A stretch of DNA of 64,000 bases from Candidatus Omnitrophota bacterium. Its GTDB lineage: Bacteria; Omnitrophota; Gorgyraeia; Zapsychrales; Fredricksoniimonadaceae. The stretch spans positions 106,580-170,579 of the forward strand of contig CAIUQE010000037.1 of assembly GCA_903901225.1 (NCBI GenBank), written 5' to 3'. Positions 50,389 to 58,219 of this stretch are shown here, in pieces. Made by a program: the position numbers and the translations under genes. Each line of letters begins with the position of its first letter. Positions within the stretch are counted from its first letter, which is position 1. Under the pieces are notes generated by a model. It was not told the origin of the DNA. It did no database searches and saw only the letters and a list, made by a program, of their open reading frames with translations.

Positions 50389-51759
50389 TCATCTGACCTG
50401 AGATGAATGATTATGACTTTTTCCAATCTGTTTCGATCGATTCGCCAAATCAATACAGGAATACTGAGTCAACGGATCACTCTCTTGTATAGCTAAAATG
50501 GCCCAAGCGCCACCAACAGCACTCAAACTCCCGGTTGAAGGAGTTTTATTTTCATGTCCGATTTCAGCGTCAGACAAAGTTGCATACGGGAAAGCCAAAC
50601 CACTTGAATCCTCAGAAGCAGCCGCTAGCAATTGTTCCAATAATTGTTCTCTCTTGCTTCGATATATTTCAGCCTTTTTATTCTCACCCAACTGTTTATA
50701 ATCATGCGCCAGTCGGCCATAAGCATTGATCAATTGAAAGGTCCATTCAAAAGAAACCATCTGTAGACGTTTTAGTTCCCCTACTCGTTTTTTGTCAGTA
50801 AAATCAACCCCACGAATAATCATCGTCTTCCCTGCAAGAACAAAAGAACTTTCCGAGAGACAATTTTCTTCAACAAACGCAATCATTCTTTCTGCCGCAC
50901 CAGGTTCAATAAAATTTAATCCATCCACCCCCAGGGCAGAAATCCCCCAACTCTGTACGTCAGTAGCAACCATCTGATCCTTATAGCCACGATTAAACCG
51001 ATGCTCAGACTTGTTCCAGGCATTATTCTTAAGCCACTGCAAACAATTGGCAGCGGCAAGCTGATATGTGTTTTTCTTTGTTACCTGAAACAGTCTCTGA
51101 AATAACGCATAGCCATCAATGGAAACTTCTGTTGCATACACTCGATAAAATTCAGGCATTCCAAGATCGCACCCAATATATTGATCTTTCGAATAGGCAG
51201 GGTCTCCCTTTGGGCCTAACGCGATGCCTCCATAATTAGCATCTTTATTGTCTGAATTCTGCAGGGAAGCGGTGAAGTTCGCGATTTTCTCAGCCAGCTC
51301 TAAATATTTTTGTTCCTTTGTGCTCAGGTAAAGGTTTATAGCGGCAATTCCTATCCAAATATTAGCGCCACCACGAACTGACCAATCTTTTCCTAAGAAA
51401 GTTTTTCCGGCAACATAACACTCAATAATTCCTCCCAAACGCCAGATTTGAGGTGTATCAATATAATAATCCAATATTTTCTTGGCATCGGAATATTTAC
51501 CAACAGCTGAATACGCCAAGGCCACAACCGCCGCATCATACGTTATAGTCCAATGTTGGAATCGAGCATCCCCAACATGACTAAACGGAAGCCCGGTATC
51601 TTGGTCGCTGTTAGTTCTTAACCAATTAGAGAATTTATCGGCATAATTTTGGCTAATATCATTCGAATCTGGGACGGCACATACTGCGGAAGCGCTTAAA
51701 ACAACAAAAAGAAAACTGACGAAGAGAGTACGTGTAATAACGAAACAGTTCGTGTTCAT
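50389..51759 (-). CDS. Secreted hypothetical protein, possible (alpha/alpha)6 glycoside hydrolase-like fold
   Basis: Signal peptide; helical repeats with YDAAVVALAY, GANIWIG, ATDVQSWGI, SFEWT. Confidence 0.6.
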   Translation of the reverse strand: MNTNCFVITRTLFVSFLFVVLSASAVCAVPDSNDISQNYADKFSNWLRTNSDQDTGLPFSHVGDARFQHWTITYDAAVVALAYSAVGKYSDAKKILDYYIDTPQIWRLGGIIECYVAGKTFLGKDWSVRGGANIWIGIAAINLYLSTKEQKYLELAEKIANFTASLQNSDNKDANYGGIALGPKGDPAYSKDQYIGCDLGMPEFYRVYATEVSIDGYALFQRLFQVTKKNTYQLAAANCLQWLKNNAWNKSEHRFNRGYKDQMVATDVQSWGISALGVDGLNFIEPGAAERMIAFVEENCLSESSFVLAGKTMIIRGVDFTDKKRVGELKRLQMVSFEWTFQLINAYGRLAHDYKQLGENKKAEIYRSKREQLLEQLLAAASEDSSGLAFPYATLSDAEIGHENKTPSTGSLSAVGGAWAILAIQESDPLTQYSCIDLANRSKQIGKSHNHSSQVR

Positions 51760-52634
51760 GCCCGGATCGCCCGTCCCTTGGCCGACTTGTCATTTTTCTC
51801 CAGCTTCTTTTTCTTCTCCGGCTCTAGAACGTAGTTTTCTTTTGTCGAGACCGGACGACCCAACTCACGCTCCGTCTCTTTCCTGGCATTGCCGGCCACT
51901 CGCCCGCCGCGCTTAGCCGCACCCTCAACTTGCTGATACCCCTGAGCATCTTCCTGCCGTGTAATCTCGGTTGAAACTCGTTCTCCCAGCATAGAAAAGA
52001 TCAGTTCCAAGTCATTCATGTGGTCGCGGAGATTTTCCTTATCCAGCCCTTTGAAATTCTTGTATTCGCTTGGCGTCATACCGAAAGTGGCTTTTGAAAT
52101 TTCTGCGGTCAAGATCGCATATTCCCGTTCCTCAGACACTCCCCGCTTCTTCCACTCATCCGTTAACTCATCCGTTAACTCATCCCTAACCGCAATACCG
52201 CGAACTCGCTTCTCAATCCAGCCCTCGGAATACCCCTTGGCCCGGTAAATATCCTTCATCCTCTTTTGAGCCAATTCAGGGTTGGCTATTTCCTGAACCC
52301 TATCATATCCAACCTCGGCCAACCACTGCTTGAAAGGCTCCGCTTTCTTTGATGGGATCGACTGAATAACTCGAAAGGCATTCTTGGTTGTAACGCAATC
52401 CGTCGCATAAGCCTTTCCGTCAGCAGCCAAAACTTTCAGTTGTCCGATTTTTTCGGACAACTGAAATCCTTCATCAATCAGCCGCTTCTTCAAGTCGGCC
52501 CAATACTTGCGCGCCCGTCCGGTTTCAGTCAATGCCTCAACAATATCAACGACAGAAAACCACCACTCGTCATTGGACCAAACCCGTCTTATCTTCTTGT
52601 TTTGAAACACCACAAGCGACTTGTCTTTGTCCAT
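51756..52634 (-). CDS. Bro-N domain (phage antirepressor-like) protein
   Basis: KIRRVW..EWWFSVVDIV, YWADLK, IQSIPSKKAEPFKQWLA, NLRDHMNDLELIF. Confidence 0.88.
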   Translation of the reverse strand: MDKDKSLVVFQNKKIRRVWSNDEWWFSVVDIVEALTETGRARKYWADLKKRLIDEGFQLSEKIGQLKVLAADGKAYATDCVTTKNAFRVIQSIPSKKAEPFKQWLAEVGYDRVQEIANPELAQKRMKDIYRAKGYSEGWIEKRVRGIAVRDELTDELTDEWKKRGVSEEREYAILTAEISKATFGMTPSEYKNFKGLDKENLRDHMNDLELIFSMLGERVSTEITRQEDAQGYQQVEGAAKRGGRVAGNARKETERELGRPVSTKENYVLEPEKKKKLEKNDKSAKGRAIRA

Positions 52635-52762
52635 AAACAACCTGTATTTAATAAAGAGTTAATAAATTTATCTGGCAACTCACGCCAAGAGATTAATACC
52701 TCATATATTACCCTGTTTCAAACTTTATTGCCCTGCTTCCTAACAAACGCCTTCAAAATCCG

Positions 52763-52793
52763 CTCAACCTCTGTCCTTTTTCGCATCCATCCG
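52763..52793. repeat. 31-bp conserved arm, copy 2
   Basis: Identical to 50280-50310. Confidence 0.95.
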
Positions 52794-52826
52794 TCAGCCA
52801 AAAGTTTGCAGATATACGTGTTTCAT
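52764..52826 (-). pseudogene. Orphan miaB 5' stub B
   Basis: ATG at 52826 gives MKHVYLQTFG(TGA)RM-DAKKDRG*. Confidence 0.75.
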
Positions 52827-52858
52827 CCAGTACACCTTCCTGCAAAACTTTTAGCGCA

Positions 52859-52936
52859 TCCCAAAGGTTGTGCCGAGCGCGAAGCGCGAGAAGCCACCGT
52901 GGGACAGCCGAAAGTTTGAAGGTAAACTTTGTTCAT
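52859..52936 (-). pseudogene. Orphan miaB 5' stub A2 interrupted by a short palindromic element
   Basis: ATG at 52936, 2 nt after the RhuM stop, gives MNKVYLQTFGC; then an imperfect palindrome at 52859-52904. Confidence 0.75.
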
Positions 52937-52938
52937 AA

Positions 52939-53934
52939 TTAATTCAATTTATTGATCAAATTTGTCACCAATGCCGAAATGACGGCCTTCTCCTTTGGCT
53001 GGCTTTCAGCGATCAGAAGCGTGATGGCGACCAGCGCATTATCCGCAAGGCGTTTGCTGCCGTCAGGCCGATAAAGAATTTTATTCCGGTCCAGGAACCA
53101 AACAAACAGCGCCGCGGCGATACGCTTGTTACCATCTGAAAAAGCATGGTTTTTTACAACCAGATAAAGAAGGTTAGCCGCCTTCTCCTCAACGCTAGGA
53201 TACAAGTCTTTTCCGCCAAACGTCTGATAAATTGCCCCCAAAGCACTCTTGAAAGAGGCATCTTTTTCATTTCCAAACAACCCACTGGCTCCAAACTTCT
53301 TACGCATCTGCTCGATAACATTTATACCTTGCTCATAGGTCAACTGGTAGGACTCTTTAGCAGTCGCCGACTTGATCTTGGTTCGTCCATGGTCATAATC
53401 GTCCAGGATATCCAACCCGTACCTATAATCCCGGATGACCTCGAACAAGCCTTTAGCCTCATCACTCGTTAATGCTTTACGCTCACTCAAATCAGCCAAC
53501 ATCTTCACAGCCTGTTGCAATGTCTTTAAACTGGCCGTATGTTCCTTGAGCCGCTTTTCATTAATGGTATAACCCTGGATCAGATGTTGTTTCAAAACAT
53601 TCGTGGCCCAGATGCGGAATTGCGTCCCCCGCTTGGAATTAACACGATATCCAACGGAAATGATCATATCTAAATTATAAAAAGCTGTCTGATATGTCTT
53701 CCCATCTGCGGCAGTATGTGCAAAAAATGCACATACTGAATCCTCTTTAAGTTCTTTAGAATTCAGTATGTTACGAATATGCTTAGTCACAACGCTACGC
53801 TCAGTTAAAAATAAGTCTGCCATTTGGGCCTGCGTTAACCAAACAGTCTCATCCTTCAACTTAACCTCTAGAGATACTTTTGCCCCTTGAGGATGAAAAA
53901 CGATCAGATCAGTCTTTTTTACTTTATCTTCCAT
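52939..53934 (-). CDS. RhuM-like N-terminal domain plus Fic/Doc domain protein
   Basis: ETVWLTQAQMADLF, YNLDMIISVGYRVNS, Fic motif HAFSDGNKR. Confidence 0.9.
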   Translation of the reverse strand: MEDKVKKTDLIVFHPQGAKVSLEVKLKDETVWLTQAQMADLFLTERSVVTKHIRNILNSKELKEDSVCAFFAHTAADGKTYQTAFYNLDMIISVGYRVNSKRGTQFRIWATNVLKQHLIQGYTINEKRLKEHTASLKTLQQAVKMLADLSERKALTSDEAKGLFEVIRDYRYGLDILDDYDHGRTKIKSATAKESYQLTYEQGINVIEQMRKKFGASGLFGNEKDASFKSALGAIYQTFGGKDLYPSVEEKAANLLYLVVKNHAFSDGNKRIAAALFVWFLDRNKILYRPDGSKRLADNALVAITLLIAESQPKEKAVISALVTNLINKLN

Positions 53935-53984
53935 AAATCCTCTCCAAAATCCTCAATATCATCGTGCGTATCTTCTCCATACGG

Positions 53985-54017
53985 TCAGCAGAAAGTTTGC
54001 AGATAAACGCGTTTCAT
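53985..54017 (-). pseudogene. Orphan miaB 5' stub A (outermost)
   Basis: AGAGGG then ATG at 54017 gives MKRVYLQTFC(TGA); DNA aligns with stub B. Confidence 0.7.
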
Positions 54018-54137
54018 CCGGCGTCCCTCTTTGCCATCACGAGAATTGTGTCGCATATCAGATATTCCCATTATCTCAAAAAAATCTGAACCATTCTTTT
54101 CCTTCGGCACTTAATTTCTAAAATGGAATTCTCTAAA

Positions 54138-54722
54138 TTATGATAAAAGCCGGTGCCGCCAGCATGTCGTCAGGTGATCGTTGACCAGGCCGGTCGCCTG
54201 CATGTGGGCATAAATGATCGTGGAACCGACGAACGACATGCCGCGTTTCTTCAGGTCCTTTGACAACGCATCGCTTTGCAGGCTGGTTACGGGGATGTCT
54301 TTAAACGTCCGGCAACGGTTGACGATCGGCTTTCCACCTACAAAAGACCAGACATACGCGTCAAAACTCCCAAACTCCTGCTGTATCGCCAGGAACACAA
54401 GGGCGTTGCGGCGCGCCGCGAAGATCTTGAGTCTGTTGCGGATAATCCCGGGATCAAGCATCAACTTTTCAAGCTCTCCATCCGTCATGCACGCCACCTT
54501 CAGAGGATCAAAACCATGGAATGCTTTACGATAACCATCCCTTCGGCACAAAATCGTGTACCAACTCAAGCCAGCCTGCGCGCCCTCAAGGATCAGGAAC
54601 TCAAAATGAATCCGGTCATCACGGACAGGCACGCCCCATTCAGTATCGTGATAACGCTGGTAAACCGGCTTGTCCATCCCCGCCCAGGGGCAACGGATCC
54701 TGTCTTTTAATTTCTTAACCAT
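54138..54722 (-). CDS. tag: DNA-3-methyladenine glycosylase I
   Basis: RCPW, YHDTEWG, LEGAQAGLSW, IIRNRLKI, GLVNDHLTTC. Confidence 0.96.
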   Translation of the reverse strand: MVKKLKDRIRCPWAGMDKPVYQRYHDTEWGVPVRDDRIHFEFLILEGAQAGLSWYTILCRRDGYRKAFHGFDPLKVACMTDGELEKLMLDPGIIRNRLKIFAARRNALVFLAIQQEFGSFDAYVWSFVGGKPIVNRCRTFKDIPVTSLQSDALSKDLKKRGMSFVGSTIIYAHMQATGLVNDHLTTCWRHRLLS

Positions 54723-54743
54723 GCGCCATCTCGATTCGCGAGA

Positions 54744-55724
54744 CTATTCCAATAGTTTATACAATCCCGAAGAAGCCCGAAGATATTTATCCCGCAGGAT
54801 CTCCTCCATCCACCGCTTCTTCACGATCTCATTAACCTCGACCCGTGAATCTCCCCAATGCCACCCTTTGCACAAAGGGATCTCATCCCAATAAAGGTTG
54901 TTATAACAGACAACGCGCACTTTTTCATCGGAAATGAACTTGAAGAACGGCCCGAACCATAGTTTCCATGACCCTTCCCCATACCGCGTGCCCGATCCTC
55001 CCGGGGCTGCCGCCGCGACCATGAACCCTTTATGGTGCTCTTTGGCCATTTCAGCGAACTTCTTCATGTAAATATTGGGCTGCCCAAAGACAGACACACC
55101 AAACCAGTCAACGTAATCGTCACCGGGATACCAGTCCGCCCACGGATGCTGCGGCAGGTTTGAAAAAGAATGCCATACAAAGGCGACATTCCTGACCTGC
55201 GCGGCCCTTAACCTTTCAACAATATGACGGAACGCCAGACGGTAGGCCTGCGGCTCATACTTGTTCAACGGAAGATCAAACTCATACCCGATGCGCAAGA
55301 ACACGGGACGCTGCGCTTTTTTGATCCAGGCGCCTATCTTGTCAATATTGCGGTCATAATCACCTTTCACAACGCCGTCAAGCGCCCCCACCATCCAGAG
55401 CCCCATCTGGACAACGCTCTGGGGATATTGGTCGAGCAAATACTGCCCGTGCTGGATCCCGCCGCCATGATCGGCCGCGGACCCCATGGAATCAGCGAGC
55501 TGTATGGAAGTATAGAACATCGTGCCGGCGGGAACGACGCCCGTGGCGCGCGCATAACCATCGATCGAGGGTTTGTCTTCGCCGACGAGAAGAAGGACTT
55601 TCCCTTCGGGCGGCATGAACGGCACCGGCCGCTCCCCGGCCTCGGAACGGGATGGCGCCGAAAGAATGAACGCTACCGCAAAATAAAATATTAGAAATAG
55701 TCTTATATATCTATTTAATGGCAT
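54744..55724 (-). CDS. Secreted GH26-like glycoside hydrolase domain protein
   Basis: Signal peptide; FLRIGYEFD, VAFVWH, WYPGDDYVDWFGVS. Confidence 0.8.
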   Translation of the reverse strand: MPLNRYIRLFLIFYFAVAFILSAPSRSEAGERPVPFMPPEGKVLLLVGEDKPSIDGYARATGVVPAGTMFYTSIQLADSMGSAADHGGGIQHGQYLLDQYPQSVVQMGLWMVGALDGVVKGDYDRNIDKIGAWIKKAQRPVFLRIGYEFDLPLNKYEPQAYRLAFRHIVERLRAAQVRNVAFVWHSFSNLPQHPWADWYPGDDYVDWFGVSVFGQPNIYMKKFAEMAKEHHKGFMVAAAAPGGSGTRYGEGSWKLWFGPFFKFISDEKVRVVCYNNLYWDEIPLCKGWHWGDSRVEVNEIVKKRWMEEILRDKYLRASSGLYKLLE

Positions 55725-55794
55725 TGGTATTCATGCTAAAACAAACTCTTCATCATGTCTACTCTTTCGGGAAAAGATACTGTGGAAGGTTTTT

Positions 55795-56781
55795 TTAGAA
55801 AGACCACAACCAGGACACGGCCACTTCGCGGGGCTTGCCATTAGGGACCACGAGGTTCAATTCCTCCGGTGCGTACCCTTCATCGTACCTTGCGACAGAA
55901 ATATCCAGAGGGTATTTATCGTCGATGACCTCAGGCCGGGGGAAAACTTTTTTAGGGCCTAAGACATGCATGCGGCTGTGACGATCCTCCCGCCCGACAA
56001 CGGGCTGACCGTGTTCGCCTTTGGCCTTGTCCATGAAAAACACGAACATGATCGCCTGTTTACGCCGGTGATTAGATATCCTGGTAAGCTGGAACGGCTT
56101 TTCCCGGATCGCGTCCTCTGAAGAAACCCCTGACACAAAACCCTTTCGGGGATGACCCATGTACTGATACGGGTCGGATAAACTCTTATAGACCGCAACG
56201 ATCAGATTGTCACTGCGCCCGGGACGCTCACTCGCGAACCATGTCTCATCCTCGATCTTCCATGCCCCATCCGCCTTGACCATATGGATCTTTCCTTGCA
56301 TAAGCCCAAGGGTGGAATACCCGCTGACCGCGAATTCACCCCGCCCGTCTTCAACCCTGGAATCAATGATGCGGATATTGCGCGGACGCGTGACCTGAAG
56401 CATGGCAAGGACAACATGCCCGGAAACCCCTGCCTTGACCCTGGCCTTGAGGAATTCAATGTTCTTGTCGACGAGGAACGGCTTCAGGTCATCGATCCGC
56501 GCGGCATTGGAAATGGCGTTGCATATTTTTTCGAAAGCCCTGATATCCGCCTGGTCCGGCGGCACAGCCGCTTCGGCCGTGCTGATCATGGATAACGAAA
56601 GTGCTGTTTTTATCCTGGAGGCGTGATCGATCTGGATGCGGGGGACCGGAGGGATGACTAGTTTGAGATCGGAAAAAACGTATGATACGCGGGAAAGATC
56701 AGGGTCAAGCTCCGCCTCGGCCTTGAAGGCCGGAACAAGAGAGAATGAACAAACAATGAGGGCCCCGATCAACATATTCAT
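55795..56781 (-). CDS. Exported hypothetical protein
   Basis: Long ORF with a signal-peptide-like N-terminus; no family recognised; start uncertain (56781 or 56793). Confidence 0.6.
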   Translation of the reverse strand: MNMLIGALIVCSFSLVPAFKAEAELDPDLSRVSYVFSDLKLVIPPVPRIQIDHASRIKTALSLSMISTAEAAVPPDQADIRAFEKICNAISNAARIDDLKPFLVDKNIEFLKARVKAGVSGHVVLAMLQVTRPRNIRIIDSRVEDGRGEFAVSGYSTLGLMQGKIHMVKADGAWKIEDETWFASERPGRSDNLIVAVYKSLSDPYQYMGHPRKGFVSGVSSEDAIREKPFQLTRISNHRRKQAIMFVFFMDKAKGEHGQPVVGREDRHSRMHVLGPKKVFPRPEVIDDKYPLDISVARYDEGYAPEELNLVVPNGKPREVAVSWLWSF

Positions 56782-56979
56782 CCCGACCACCACCTTTCAA
56801 AAACATATCGCATACATCCGCGATCTTTTTTGAAAACTGCGCGCGATGAACCCCGTATTACAAAGATCACGAAGCCTGACCTGCCCTCCCCTGGCCAGCC
56901 TTCCCGTTTAAAGTATAGCACACAAACGAGGCACTAATCTTGATGCCATTTCATGGAAAAACATCAAAAAAAGGAAGGG

Positions 56980-58176
56980 TCAAACGACTTGCTTGAACTT
57001 TTTGGTAAGAAGGGGGACGACTTCAAAGATGTCACCGACGATGCCGTAATTGGCGACACTGAAGATCGGTGCTGAAGGATCGCGGTTGATCGCGATGATG
57101 ATGTCGGAAGATTGCATGCCCACGAGATGCTGGATCTGCCCGGATATGCCGCACGCTATATAAACCTTCGGACAAACGGTCTTGCCGGTCTGGCCCACCT
57201 GATGGGCGTAAGGCATCCACCCCTCATCAATGGCCGCGCGTGAGGCACCGACAGCGCCGTTGAGCACCCCGGCAAGGTCTTCGAGCATCTTGAAATTCGC
57301 GGCGCCAGCCATAGCACGGCCGCCGGATACGATCACGTTCGCCTCGGTAATATTGACCGTGGCGGTGACCGCATCGACCACTTCCAGGACTTTGGTCCGG
57401 GATGTGAAAAATGACCTGTCGAACGCCAATGACTCGATATGGCCTTTCCTGGAGATGTCAGGCGCCAATTCTTTCATGACCTTGTGGCGAACGGTCGCCA
57501 GCTGGGGCCGGTGGTGCCGGGACAAAATCGTGGCCATGATATTGCCGCCAAACGCCGGGCGCGTCTGCAGTAAAAAGCGTTCCTCAAGATTCACGTCCAA
57601 TGCCGTGCAATCAGCGGTCAGCCCGACACGCAACTGGACAGCGACCCTGGATACAACAGAACGTCCAATGGATGTCGCCGGCGACAGGAGTATCTCGGGG
57701 CGATGCTTCCTGATAAGGTTCGCCAGGATACGGGCATAAGGTTCATCCAGGAAATGCTCGAGCTTTGGGTCATCGGTCACATACACCGTATCCGCCCCGC
57801 GCTGGATCAACTCCTGGGCCTTATCCTTGACGCCATGACCCAATAAGACCGCGGCCACGCCAACACCAAGCTTATCGGCCAATTCCCTGGCCTTCCCCAG
57901 CAACTCGAACGCCACAGGCTGGACAACACCCTTTTTCTGTTCAACAAAAACCCAAACACCTTTGTATTTCTCAATATCAGGCGTACGGGTGGTCTCACGG
58001 ATGATCTCGATGGCATTGGTCTTGCGGCACGCTTCAACGCAAGAACTGCACAGGGTGCACTTGTCGAGATCGATAACAGCCTTCTTGTCGACGACCGTGA
58101 TCGCCTCGAAAGGGCATGCCTTCACGCAGAGCGAACAACCGATGCATTTATCTTTGTAAACCGTGATCCCGCTCAT
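56980..58176 (-). CDS. etfA: Electron transfer flavoprotein alpha subunit with N-terminal 2x[4Fe-4S] ferredoxin domain
   Basis: CIGCSLCVKACP and CTLCSSCVEAC; GLTADCT, TRPAFGGN, QVGQTGK, GISGQIQH. Confidence 0.95.
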   Translation of the reverse strand: MSGITVYKDKCIGCSLCVKACPFEAITVVDKKAVIDLDKCTLCSSCVEACRKTNAIEIIRETTRTPDIEKYKGVWVFVEQKKGVVQPVAFELLGKARELADKLGVGVAAVLLGHGVKDKAQELIQRGADTVYVTDDPKLEHFLDEPYARILANLIRKHRPEILLSPATSIGRSVVSRVAVQLRVGLTADCTALDVNLEERFLLQTRPAFGGNIMATILSRHHRPQLATVRHKVMKELAPDISRKGHIESLAFDRSFFTSRTKVLEVVDAVTATVNITEANVIVSGGRAMAGAANFKMLEDLAGVLNGAVGASRAAIDEGWMPYAHQVGQTGKTVCPKVYIACGISGQIQHLVGMQSSDIIIAINRDPSAPIFSVANYGIVGDIFEVVPLLTKKFKQVV

Positions 58177-58219
58177 AGTGATCCCTGATCCTGTTTTAGA
58201 ACTATTTCCCGAAGGACGC

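Larger units (their letters stand above)
47486..54017 (-). mobile_element. AT-rich cassette island at the 5' end of miaB (no integrase in the window)
   Basis: Visibly lower GC than the flanks; accessory cargo; four orphan miaB 5' stubs; shared 31-bp arm. Confidence 0.75.

Noticed and set aside
50280-54017. Island repeats as a CRISPR array or classical integron attC sites
   Set aside because: Spacing is kilobase-scale and irregular, there is no cas or intI gene, and I see no RYYYAAC...GTTRRRY palindromic attC structure. The repeats instead translate to MiaB N-termini.
47486-54017. Prophage
   Set aside because: Bro-N and SLT genes are phage-like, but there are no structural, terminase, replication or integrase genes.
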